64,000 nt of DNA, taken from Squalus acanthias (lineage: Eukaryota). The notes under the pieces were generated by a model. It made no database searches. It saw only the letters and a list, made by a program, of their open reading frames with translations, and was not told the DNA's origin. Position 1 is the first letter of the stretch. Every line of letters begins with the position of its first letter. A program made the translations under genes and the position numbers. This document shows, in pieces, positions 48,975 through 60,246 of this stretch. The DNA lies in the NCBI GenBank assembly GCA_030390025.1, contig CM059441.1, forward strand, positions 19,964,001-20,028,000. The letters run 5' to 3'.

Positions 48975-49460
48975 GGCTTCTTGGAGAGGGCGCAGAGGAA
49001 GTTCACCAGAATGATATCAGGAATGGGGGACTTCAGTTAAGTGGAGAGACTAGAGAAGCTGGGATTGTTCTCCTTAGACCAGAGAGGTTAAGGGGAGATT
49101 TAATAGAGGTATTCAAAATTAGGAGGGGTGTTGATAGAGTAAATAAGGAGATAACTATTTCAAGTGGCAGGAGGGTCAGTAACCAGAGGACACAGATTTA
49201 AGATAATTGGCAAAAGAACCAGAGGGGGAGATGAGGAGACATTTTTTTTGCGCAGCGAGTTGTTATGCCTGAAAGGGCGGTGGAAGCAGATTCAATGGGA
49301 ACTTTCAAAATAGAATTGGATTTATACTTGAAAAGGAAAAAATTGCAGGTCTATGGGGAAAGAGCGGAGGAGTGGGACTAATTGGAGAACTCTTTCACAG
49401 AGCCAGCACAGACAAAATGGGGCGAATAACCTCCTTCTGTGCTGCATGATGCTATGATTC
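48975..49460 (+). mobile_element. CR1 3' fragment
   Basis: Similar to 31930-32508. Confidence 0.85.
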
Positions 49461-49679
49461 TTGAAATTAATTTGAATACAATGGTGTTGTGACTCCATAC
49501 AGATACACCTCAACAGCAGTATAGTCATTTACAACGTCCATCTTTACCTTTGCTAAGCATTAATTGGTATGAGTTGCATCATTTCATTTAATGGATAATG
49601 ATAAATTTAAGGAATTTTTTCATTAAATGGAGTGGGTATAAATAAAGAGCTGAGCTGAATTTTCATCTTATCATCAATG

Positions 49680-50137
49680 AAAGAAAGACTTGCATTTCTA
49701 TAGCGCCTTTCATGACCACTGGACATCTCAAAGTGCTTTACAACCAATAAAGTATTTTTTGAAGTGGAGTCACTGTTATAATGTGGGAAACGCGGCAGCC
49801 AATTTGGGCACAGCAAGCTCCCACAAACAGCAATGTGATAATGACCAGATAGTGACGTTGATTGAGGGATTAATATTGGTCAGGACACTGGGGAGAACTC
49901 CCCTGCTCTCCTTCGAAATAATGCCATGGGATCTTTTACATCCACCTGAGAGAGCAGACGGGGCCTCAGTTTAACGGCTCATCCGAAAGACGGCACCTCC
50001 GACAGTGTGGCGCTCCCGCAGTACTGCACTGGGAGTGTCAGCCTAGCTTTATGTGCTCGAGTCCCTGGAGTGGGACTATGTACCCACAACCTTCTGACAC
50101 AGAGGCGAGGGTGCTACCCACTGAGCCACAGCTGACA
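49680..50137 (-). mobile_element. SacSINE1-like Deu-SINE
   Basis: Full-length copy. Confidence 0.82.
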
Positions 50138-50509
50138 GCGACTAATGAGAAGTTATCGGTTTAACCAATCTGATTTGTGGTTGGAGATGAATGGACTTAG
50201 ATTAGTTATGAAAGCAGCAGGTTAAGATTGTGAATGGAGAGTGGCTAATCCCCCTCCCCTCTCGCGTTATGAACTGTCTCCCTGTTACAGTGCAGAAAGC
50301 AGATTTAGCAATTGATGTAGTTCATCAGCAATTTCACTAGCCGCAAACACTGTAGAATTAGAAACAGATTTTGTGTTTTATGTGTGTGTGAAGCATACAT
50401 CCTGTTTTCTCAAAACCCAATATCACTTTCAGAGGGTTCTGCATTCAAGTGGCTCCGTTTTTAATTAGCCAACCCTTTAAGTGCTAACACCGTGTATAGC
50501 TCCTGTGAC

Positions 50510-50672
50510 CAATGTTCCCGCGTGGCTGCGTGGCCACACGGCGCTCTGCAGCTCCTGCGCAGCCAGATCACCGGCTTTTAAATAGGAAAAACCGTGCATG
50601 CACGGTATTTTGAATGGACCACGCAGCCCCTTAAAGGGGCCGCGCACCCAAAAAAAATGAAAGGGGACATTG
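50510..50672. mobile_element. hAT-type MITE
   Basis: caatgttccc / ggggacattg; 8-bp TSD cctgtgac (50502-50509, 50673-50680). Confidence 0.85.
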
Positions 50673-50899
50673 CCTGTGACCGTATTTTACATTTAGCCAT
50701 CACCCTTTTCCTATTTGTTAGTTCTCTGCCTAAAAGTATATGCACCCCCTCTCTAACCATTTTTAAAGTGTTCCTTCTCCCAGTTTTCTACCAAGTCATT
50801 TTTGTATAACAGCAGCCCATGGAAACTCACTTACTGGTTTTTATTTAATTATTTGCTCCACCCTTTCCATTCCTTAATGTCAAATATCAAGCCATTCGT

Positions 50900-51445
50900 T
50901 CCAATGGCTCAGTACTAAAGGCACTGCCTGATGTGGCCATACAGACTAGGAAAATCACTGGCTCCAATTTATAGAATCTTACAGCACAGAAGGAGGCCAT
51001 TCGGCCCATCGTGCCTGTGCCGGCTCTCTGAAAGAGCTACCAATTAGTCCCACTCCCCCCTGCTCTTTCCCCATCGCCCTGCAAATTTTTCCTTTTCAAG
51101 TATTTATCCAATTCCCTTTTGAAAGTTATGATTGAATCTGGTTCCACCGCCCTTTCAGGCAGCGCATTCCAGATCACAACAACTCGCTGCGTTAAAAACA
51201 TTCCTCTCATCTCCCCCCGACTTTTTAGCCAATTATTTGGTTAGCTGACTTTAGTTGGGCAGTAGTGACAACACTACAATCGGTCTTCCTGAGGGAAAGG
51301 AGGAACTCAGCCAAGATTCCCGCTTGTTAATGTGTTCTGGCTTTCCCCTTTGGGAGCGTGCGTGTTTGTGGGCCTCAGGCTCTGACTTGGCCATGATGCC
51401 TGTCCTGATTGAACAGTCCATCAACACTGACTGTCTGAGCTCAGT
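50900..51445 (+). mobile_element. Ancient SINE (unnamed family) split by a CR1 3' end (50970-51225, -)
   Basis: Head tggctcagtactaaaggcactgcc; body resembles 57240-57600; CR1 tail atagaatcttacagcacagaaggaggccattcggccc. Confidence 0.55.
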
Positions 51446-51850
51446 TGGTTTAGATACTGGAGGATGGCTGACCCTCATAGAACACGAATACAGTGAATAC
51501 CATCAGATTAGCAGGTGGGGTGAAAATTGGAGGGGAAAAAAAAATCAAGCCTTTGATTACCACCTTCTCCAACTGATAAGATTGGGAAATCAGATGTCTG
51601 ATTTGGAGTGCTTTTCAAGACAACGAGTTCAGTTAATTGTCTAAATTTTGAATCCGGTCTCAGTGATGAACACTTCCTGCATGGGCTAGCACTTGTATCT
51701 CAACTCCAATCTTAGGTAAAATCCTAAAAAGCACATCCAGGTGATATCTATTTTTCTATACCGGCTATCTTTCTGGCCAGTTTACGCTGTTGTATCCAAA
51801 GAGCAATGGAGTCATGGACCACATTACCGGGGATGACAGTTGACGTATAG

Positions 51851-52335
51851 TGTCAGCCGTGGCTCAGTGGGCAGCACCCTTGCCTCTGAGTCAGAAGGTT
51901 GTGGGTTCAAGTCCCACTCCAGAGACTTGAGCACAAGAATCTAGGCTGACACTTTAACGTCTCATCTGAAAGACGGCACCTCCGACAGTGCAGTGCTGAG
52001 GAAGTGCTGCACTGTCAGAGGTGCCGTCTTTCAGATGAGACGTTAAACCGAGGCCCCGTCTGCTCTCTCAGGTGGATGTAAAAGATCCCATGGCACTATT
52101 TCGAAGAAGAGCAGGGGAGTTATCCCTGGTGTCCTGGGCCAATTTTTGTCCCTCAATCAACATCACTAAAACAGATTATCTGGTCATTATCACATTGCTG
52201 TTTGTGGGAGCTTGCTGTGCGCAAATTGGCTGCCGCATTTCCTTTCCTACATTACAACAGTGACTACACTTCAAAAGTACTTCATCCGGTGGTCGTGAAA
52301 GGCGCTATATAAATGCAAGTCTTTCTTTTCTTTCT
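51851..52335 (+). mobile_element. SacSINE1-like Deu-SINE with internal foldback duplication
   Basis: Standard head and tail plus 41-bp inverted arms at 51953-51993 and 52007-52047. Confidence 0.85.
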
Positions 52336-52532
52336 ATTCAGTGTAAATGGGCTCAATTGGCAATTCGATGTAAGGGATTAAGGATATGGTGAGAGGATGG
52401 GTGGCTGAGATTGATCTATGAAAAAGGGCTGAGCGCATTGGCTAAAATGCTTTTTCCTGTTCCTAAACGTTCTTATATTTTTATCAAAAATGAAATGGTA
52501 GCTAGTAGTTTGAGAAGTGTTGCAGACACATT

Positions 52533-54950
52533 GGGCTGGATTTTCCGGGGGGTCAGTGGGCGCGATCGGTGACGGGCCAGGTGGGAAAGTTTTTTTCCCC
52601 CACCGGGTCGGGACCCCGCTGTGAACCCGTCACCACGTGCCTTTCCCCAATCTCGGGTCTGTCAGTGCTGAGCAGACCCAACACGTGGCGGTGGGGGACC
52701 CAATTCACATAATTATGATCTTGTTTAGAGATAATTAAGAACATATTTGAGCTCACCTTTTGATATTAGGTGCTCGCCCATGGGGTCCTCGCTGCTCGGG
52801 GTTCACGTCTGTGAAGCTGAGGCGGGAGTTCAGTGGCCATTGAATCAGCTGTTGAGTTGACAGCTTCAAATGTAAAGTAAAAGCTCCCACCTTACAGTGA
52901 TATCTTCCCTCAGCCACAAGCTCTTCCTTACTGCATTTCCACAACAGATTCACCATGCTGCAAGTCTTTACTGAAGTCTCCATCCAGTCCGACCTCATTA
53001 CTTCTCCCACCATTGACAGATCGCTTCTGTCATCTCTACTTCTCCTGCCATCTATTCCATCAGCACGGGTGCCCTTTATACTCTCTCACATTAGTCCTCA
53101 GAATCCCACCATGATCAGTCCCAACACCAGCAGCACCAGGCACACCAGCAGCACCAACAACAACATCAACCTTCTCCGCAATCACCTGATGCTGCACAGG
53201 ACACAGGGCATCAGCACCCGACCACATTGCTGCCCGGGAGGCCAGATTTACTTCACTTGACGCTGTACACCCTGGCTGCCACAAGATGCGCCAGGTTGGC
53301 ACCACCCCACACCAACACCATAAAGCATCCCTACAATGCCCAAGCCATTCCTTTCACACTCATCAGCATTGCGAGGGGTACCATTATGTCTCACCATTCA
53401 CTGCAACTCACTGAGCCACTTCCAAAGGTGCACACAGATCTGTCCAAGAACGCAAAGAGTTGAAAATAAAGGTTTCAATGTTTGACCACATTAACAGAAA
53501 CTTTACATGAACATTGCATAAAACACCCAAGTGCCTACCCTTGCGTGTCATTAGTTGGTGTGATTGCACTAGGATGAGGATGAGTGTGAGGGGTGGCTAC
53601 TGAGATGGGGATGTGATAATGTAGAGAGAGTGGGATGGGTGGAGATGCAAGGTAGGTTTGTGTCGGTAAGGATGTGCAGGAGTACGGTAGGGGAGGCAGA
53701 GTGATGGGGATGTGATGAGAGGCACAGCAGGATGAGGTTGAGTGTGGCGTTGTAATAACGTTTCCTGATCTACTGAGATCATTGAAATGTTTGCGGCACT
53801 GCACCCACATCCTCCTGACCACATCTCTTCTTGTGCCCTCCTCTGCAGTGTGCAAACAGGCTGCGTTGGTGTCCTGGGAAGGTCTCTTCCATCCATGGGA
53901 AGGGAAGAGGACCTACCTGCGTGCAGTGACTCCCTCCATAAGCAAATGGAGGGAGTCATGGGAGAGCCTGGGTGCAGCCCTGCACCTCTCTGCAGTGATT
54001 GTCAGTGTTTGCAGCACCTCAATGCTGCAGAACACTGACAGCACCAAGCTCATGGTCTACAGAGCAGTAGTGATACCCGCCTCAGAGACATGGACCATGT
54101 AGAGCAGGCAACTCAAAGCACTGGAGAGGTACCACCAACGCTGCCTCCGCAAGATCCTGTAAATCCATTGGCAGGATAGGTGCACCAACATCAGTGTTCT
54201 CGCTCAGGTCAACATCCCCAGCATCGAAGCTTTGACCACGCTCGATCAGCTCCGATGAACGGGCCACATCGTCCGCATGCCTGATACGAGACTCCCAAAA
54301 CAAGCGCTCTGCTCAGAGCTCCGACATGGCAAGAGAGCCCCAGGTGGGCAGAGGAAATGCTTCAAGGACACCCTCAAAGCCTCCTTGAAAAAGTATAACA
54401 TCCCCACCGACACCTGGGAATCCCTGGCCCAAGACCGCACAAAGTGGAGGAGAAGCATCCGGGAAGGCGCCGAACACCTCAAGTCTCTTCACCGTGAGCA
54501 AGCGGAAGCCAAGCGCAGGCAGCGCAAGGAGCGCACGTCAACCCAAGCACCCCACCCACCCGCCCCTTCAACCACCGTCTGCCCCACCTGTGACAGAGAC
54601 TGTAGGTCTCGCATTGGACTCATCAGCCACCTGAGAACTCATTTTTAGTGTGGAAGCAAGTCATCCTCGGTTCCGAGGGACTGCCTAAGAAGAAGAGAAG
54701 AACATTGACAGCACAAATGTCAAAATAAAGTTGGCCATGGCCCCTTTAAGGAAACCGGCTGATGACACATCATCAAATGATGTCACCAGACCCGCTTCCT
54801 CTAATTGGCCGGCAAATGCACTGGGCGGGGCTTAACAAGCCCCATCAAGGGAAATTCATTTCAGACAGCGGGATGGAGCCAGCAGCGGGGTCGGGACCCG
54901 CCACTGGCGTCGCCCGCCATGGACCTGCCGAGGTCAGCAAAATCGCGGCC
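52533..54950. mobile_element. Deleted PIF/Harbinger transposon with Myb/SANT-like ORF remnant
   Basis: 3-bp TSD ATT (52530-52532, 54951-54953); TIRs gggctggatttt / aaaatcgcggcc; minus strand about 53765-53975 gives APRLSHDSLHLLMEGVTARR*VLFPS...TNAACLHTAEE...RRMWVQCRKHFNDL. Confidence 0.75.
54045..54698 (+). mobile_element. RTE-clade LINE 3' fragment nested in the Harbinger element
   Basis: LERYHQRCLRKIL, GHIVRMPDTRLPKQ, AQDRTKWR and C-terminal CPTC...HLRTH zinc finger; (aag)n tail; 16-bp TSD agaaca(c/t)tgacagcac (54029-54044, 54699-54714). Confidence 0.9.
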
Positions 54951-55298
54951 ATTGTTTGGGATATAGCAGAAAAATGCTCAATTTTCCCAGGGTGGCCCAT
55001 TGGACAATTTGTCAGATCATGGGGATAACAAAGAAAATTAATGTTCAGAGGAAGGGCAAACAAAACATTTATTACAAAGATTTAACACCGATACAAAATC
55101 CCCTGTAGATTCAGTGTGTGTCCAGCATCAAGGTTACTCCATAGAAGCATTTGTGGCATTACATAGAATATGCAGCACAGAAACAAGCCATTCGGCCCAA
55201 CCAGTCCATGCTGACGTTTATGCTCCACTCGAGCCTCTGTCTGTCTTTCCTTATCTAACTCTATCACATTGATCGGCAGTCTTGGAGAATTTGAGTCA

Positions 55299-55393
55299 GT
55301 GAGATGTATAAGTGTGGTGTTACTGTGGGAGTGAGATGTATAATCGTGGTGTTACCGTGGGAGTGAGTTGTATAGCATGGTGTTACCTTGGGA
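55299..55393. repeat. Minisatellite, 3 x ~32 bp
   Basis: Variants of gtgagatgtataagtgtggtgttactgtggga. Confidence 0.85.
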
Positions 55394-55767
55394 GCTGTGT
55401 GATGTTCCTTTTAGACAGCTCATTGTATACAGGTCTCTTTTGCTAAATTCATGTGCGTGCTGGTTTCTATGGTGGAAGAGCAGGACCTGATGGTAACCAG
55501 AAGAATGGCTCCTTGGGCACTTTACTGGAGGGCTCCCAGCATCAGTGGAACCGTGCCCCAGCATGCTCAGGAATGAAGGGATATGAGGAAAATTATCCAG
55601 TGACCTCTGCTGGAGAGAGTTCATCTTCAGAGCATGAGAGGAGAAAATGCGAGGAAAATTAAAAAGGAAATCTCATTTGTTTCGGTTTTCTGCACAAGTC
55701 AGGAGACACCAGGGGCACAATTTCCTCGCCATTTTTGGGATGTAAATAGGACAAGAACATCTTTGTG

Positions 55768-56095
55768 ACTGAGGGATTGCTGCACTGTCGGAGGTGCCGT
55801 CTTTCAGGCCCCGTCCGCTCTCTCAGGTGGACGTAAAAGATCCCATGGTGCTGTCTTGAAGAAGAGCAGGAGAGTTCTCCCCGGTATCCTGGCCAATATT
55901 TATCCCTCAAGCAGTACCTAAAAACTGATTATCTGGTTATTGTCAAATTGCTGTTTACGGGACCTTGTTGTGTGCAAATTAGCTGCCGTGTTTCTTACAT
56001 TAAAACAGTGGCTACACTACAACAAAAAAGTATTTCATTATCTGTATAGGGCTGTGGGACATCCTGAGGTCGTGAATGGCGCTATTCTTTCTTTC
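55768..56095 (+). mobile_element. 5'-truncated SacSINE1-like Deu-SINE
   Basis: Deu domain and tail. Confidence 0.75.
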
Positions 56096-56276
56096 TTATT
56101 CTGCTAGTTATCTTCTATATCTCCGTAAAATCCCTCCGTGGAAGCTCCGCATGTTGTGTGCTCAATGGGAACTCTGTGACAAATTTAAACCCCGATTTGA
56201 CTCCGATTTCTTCATCTCTTTAGGCTTTGAAACTGTTAACCAGAAGCAGCAGCAGACAGACATTGCATCATTCCAA

Positions 56277-56396
56277 AGGCAAAATACTGCAAGATGCTGG
56301 AAATCTGAAATAGAAACAGAAAAATGCTGGAAATACTCAGCAGGTCAGGCAGCATCTGTGGAGAGCGAGAGTTAACATTTCAGGGCGATGACCTTT
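56277..56396 (-). mobile_element. Penelope-like family A 3' end, truncated within the hammerhead
   Basis: gcaaaatactgcaagatgctggaaatctg...gttaacatttcagggcgatgaccttt. Confidence 0.75.
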
Positions 56397-56674
56397 ATAA
56401 TTCCCCTCTGCAATGACATCATGAATGGAGACAGAGGGCTGTGAGCAGTGCACCGACTCCATTCATGATGTCACTGGATGATAGTTCATGAGGTAACTGC
56501 AGGGAAAATTCTATACAAAATATCGTTTGCCCCTGACTAGGATCTTTCAGATACAGCGAGCAGACGTCACTGCGACCCCGGTAAGTGTGCAGATACATTA
56601 TTTTAATAGAATTTTGGACTGTGTGGCATCTCGGACGAAATGCTTTTTCCCTTTGAATAATATTTGTATATTAT

Positions 56675-57225
56675 GTACTGTGTACAGTTCTGGTCTCCTT
56701 ACCTAAGGAAAGACATACTTGCCTTAGAGGGAGTGCAACAAAGGTTCACTAGACTGGTTCCTGGGATGAAGGGATTGCCCTAAGAGGAGAGATTGAGTAG
56801 ATTAGGCCTATATTCCCTAGAGTTTAGAAGAATGAGAGGTGATCTAATTGAAACATATAAAATTCTTAAGGGGCTTGACGGTTAATGCTGAGAAAATGTT
56901 TCGCCTGGCGGGGGAATCTAGAACACGAGGTCACAGTCTCAGAATAAGGGGTCGGCCATTTAGGACTGAGATGAGGAGAGATTTCTTCAGTCAAAGGGTT
57001 GTGAATCTTTGGAATTCTCTACCCCAGAGAGCTGTGGATGCTCAGTTGTTGAGTATATTCAACACAGAGGTCGATAAATTTTTGGGAACTAAGTGAATCA
57101 AGGGATATGGGGATAGTGCGGGAAGGTGGAGTTGAGGTAGAAGATCAGCCGTGATCTTATTGAATGGCGGAGCAGGCTCGAAGGGCCAAATGGCCTACTC
57201 CTGCTCCTATTTCTTATGTTCTTAT
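56675..57225 (+). mobile_element. CR1 3' fragment
   Basis: YCVQFWSPYLRKD...WNSLP, tail ttcttatgttcttat. Confidence 0.88.
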
Positions 57226-57239
57226 TTGGCTCCATTTTC

Positions 57240-57605
57240 GGACCAGAAAGGCTTCAGGTTTAATTCCTGCTCTGCACTATCAGCTGACTAGGGGTATGGA
57301 AGAATGGGGGTTGGGGGGGGTGGTGGAGGATAGCAGCAATGGCATCAGAATTAGCTTCAGTGTCCCTGGGTAGGGAGAAAATTGGCTAGAGTTTCCCTCT
57401 CCCGCTCACTATCCAGTGACAGCTGCTGGAAGGTTTACGCATGTGGCCATCAAATCAAGGGGCAAGATCAGGTTGGCTTAGACGGCCTCCAGTGTCGAAT
57501 AGCCTGCCAACTACGCTCGCCGGTCTCTGGTGAGGTATCAGCGGAACCGTACCTCAGCATTGAATCTTCAGAAGAGGAAGAGGGAAGATTGGGAGTGGCG
57601 GGGGA
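57240..57605 (+). mobile_element. Ancient SINE (unnamed family)
   Basis: Blocks ctatccagtgacagctgctggaa, gtcgaatagcctgcc and ggaaccgtacctcagca resemble degenerate copies at about 34940-35010 (-), 42209-42280, 51240-51445 and 55497-55570. Confidence 0.5.
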
Positions 57606-58094
57606 AGGGAAGACACTTTAGATAGGATTACGGTTGCCACTGCATTCAGTTGCTGCTGGTCTGAAGTGGCCCATATCTGTCATATGATGAAAAATATTAC
57701 TGCCTTACCTCTACGGGTATGTAAAGCCAGAACTATAATCTCCACAGGCTGGGCTGAACATTATATAGTAACTTGGCAAGTGTAGTCCAGTCAGAAATGT
57801 GAGGCCAATGTCACGTGACGGTTTATGATTTCCATGAAGTATTCATAGCTATCAACGTTGCAATCGCATTGGCTCTGAAACAGTGAGATCGCCGAGCAGC
57901 GAGAAAATATTTTTTTTTCCTTCTGCACAAAAAGTCTTTTGCGTTCCTCCCAAGGCTCAGGTAATAAGTGGACGGACTAAGTGCGGAATTGAACCATCCA
58001 GGACAGGGAGGTGCCCGGTTTGATTCCCAATCCGACGCTGATTTACCTCACCTTAACTGGGATAGCAATAAGGGAAATATTCTGTGCTTGTGGG

Positions 58095-58360
58095 TAAGGT
58101 TGTTACCAACTCTCCAGGATTGCCCTGGAGTCTCCAGGAATGAAAGATTGACCTTCTACACGAGCAACCCAGCCGAAAATAATCATAAAGGCTTTTAAAA
58201 AAATGTGGTTTTTTTCCACATTCTTTTATTAGCTATAAAAATATTGGAAGAGATTTGGGGGGGGTGGGGGGAAGGCTGTTTGACTGGACGGGGCGGTTGG
58301 AAGTGGGAGGTCATGTGATGAAACCTCCAGGAATCCAGCCAACCAGAGTTGGCAACCCTG
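58095..58360. mobile_element. hAT-type MITE (TAGGGTTGCCA-like TIR)
   Basis: taaggttgttaccaactct / agagttggcaaccctg; TSD cttgtggg/cctgtggg (7 of 8 match). Confidence 0.7.
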
Positions 58361-58464
58361 CCTGTGGGGAACGGGAAGATTTGGCTCATTCTCCTGCCGA
58401 TTGCTGTCTATTGATCCCTGTCAGAAAGTGTGCAGCAGGAGTCATCAGGTGAGGACAACAGCAG

Positions 58465-58595
58465 CACAAAAGCAAAATACTGCGGATGCTGGAAATCTGA
58501 AATGTAAACAGAAAATGCTGGAAATACTCAGCAGGTCAGGCAGCATCTGTGGAGAGAGAAACAGAGTTAACGTTTCAGGTCGATGACCCTTTGTC
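58465..58595 (-). mobile_element. Penelope-like family A miniature (hammerhead + 3' tail only)
   Basis: 13-bp TSD aggacaacagcag (58452-58464, 58596-58608); 5' end falls at the CTGA core. Confidence 0.85.
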
Positions 58596-58614
58596 AGGAC
58601 AACAGCAGGTTTGG

Positions 58615-59048
58615 CTGTGACCTGCCCGATGATCAAGTAGCCGACTGGCACGCGGGACCTCGGTTTTTCAGTCGGGGCGGGATCTGGATAAGCAACAAAC
58701 GAACATGCTGAGGCCCGGAGAGATTTTGACTCCCAGGCCTCATTTAAATATTCAGGCTCGGAGTCCAACCCGAACCCGGCAGGAATCGGAGTCTGGCCGG
58801 CGGGCAGGAGCAGGATTTTGGGCAGCAGGAGGCTGTCGCCAGGGACCCACGGGAACAATCCTTTAAGGATCGTTGGTTAGGCCACATTTAGACCTGTTTT
58901 TCCTGAGCACAGCCGACCTGGCACCAATATGGCGGGCAGTGTCCTCCTGGCTCGTAATAAGCATGCACTTCCTGCCCGCCATATTGGAGGCTGAGGTGCC
59001 CGTTTGGTGCATGAAAAATGGACGTGGCACCATCCAATTTCTAGGCCT
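58615..59048. mobile_element. GC-rich DNA-transposon-like remnant
   Basis: CpG-rich, catttaaatat core, end aatttctaggcc resembles the Harbinger-type TIRs; left end unclear. Confidence 0.35.
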
Positions 59049-59253
59049 ATATTTTTTGCTTGTATTGTTTTATGTGTTGATAGATTTTCAAGCAGTAGGA
59101 AACAGCCTCTTGTAATAATGAGAGAAACCAAGGGCTCCCGTGAGGGGGGTGGTGTGTGAAGCAGTGAGATCACCCTTTCCTTTGTATATTTTTAAAGGGA
59201 AATTGTCATTGGGAATGACTTGCAAGCCAACAATTCCTCATGTAAACCAATTC

Positions 59254-59727
59254 TGTCAGCTGTGGCTCAGTGGGTAGCACACTTGCCTCTGAGCCAGAAG
59301 GTTGTGGGTTCATAAACCCCACTCCAGGGACTTGAGCACATAAAACTAGGCTGACACTCCAGGGCAGTGCTGAGGGAGTGCTGCACTGTCGGAGGTGCCG
59401 TCTTTCGGATGAGATGTTAAACCGAGGCCCCGTCTGCTCTCTCAGGTGGACGTAAAAGATCCCACGGCCACTATTTCGAAGAAGAGCAGGGGAGTTCTCC
59501 CCGGTGTCCTGGCCTAATATTTATCCCTCAATCAACATCACTAAAACAGATTATCTGGTCATTATCACATTGCTGTTTGTGGGACCTTGCTGTGCGCAAA
59601 TTGGCTGCCGTGTTTCCCACATTACAACAGTGACTACAATTCAAAAAGTACTTCATTAGCTGTAAAGCGCTTTGAGACGTCTGGTGGTCGTGAAACGCGC
59701 TATATGAATGCAAATGTTTCTTTCTTC
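59254..59727 (+). mobile_element. SacSINE1-like Deu-SINE
   Basis: Full-length, near-consensus copy. Confidence 0.85.
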
Positions 59728-60246
59728 AATTATGAATCTGCAGTCAGTGGCCTTGCCAATAAAATTGAAATTTTTTTCTCCCAAGTGTTTACAGTCCCAG
59801 CTCCACGTCGCTGCTCTCTAACCCCATCTTGTAGAAAATGTAAGAATAACATGGACAATATTACCACTGTGGAAAATCACAATTCACAAAAGACTCCTGT
59901 CTTTAGCAGCTGTCTCGCAAAGTTCTTGGCAACACTCCAACAATATAACACTGACATATATTGATGGAAGTCACTTGTATTCACGTATTGCTATAAATAG
60001 AGCCGTATGTTTTGTTTCGTGCAGTGCACGCCTCATCCGTTTATAACTGATTTTCCACAGTATTCAACGAAATATACACTTACTGGCCAACAGTGCCGCA
60101 ACACGCAGTTGAATTTCTTTTTCGTTTGAGGGTAAGGCTCTCTCTAAGTTCCTGGACCGTGCACCAATTGCCACTGAACGATCAGGAAGGCTCCTAGGCA
60201 TTGGTCAATGCCAGCTCTGATACAACAGCTAGAGGATGTGTCGGAG

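Noticed and set aside
55299-55393. CRISPR-like periodicity (also 28389-28450)
   Set aside because: Contiguous tandem units with no spacers, no cas genes, vertebrate DNA.
55453-55662. 69-aa ORF as a possible exon
   Set aside because: Its centre matches the old SINE family and no protein similarity is recognisable.
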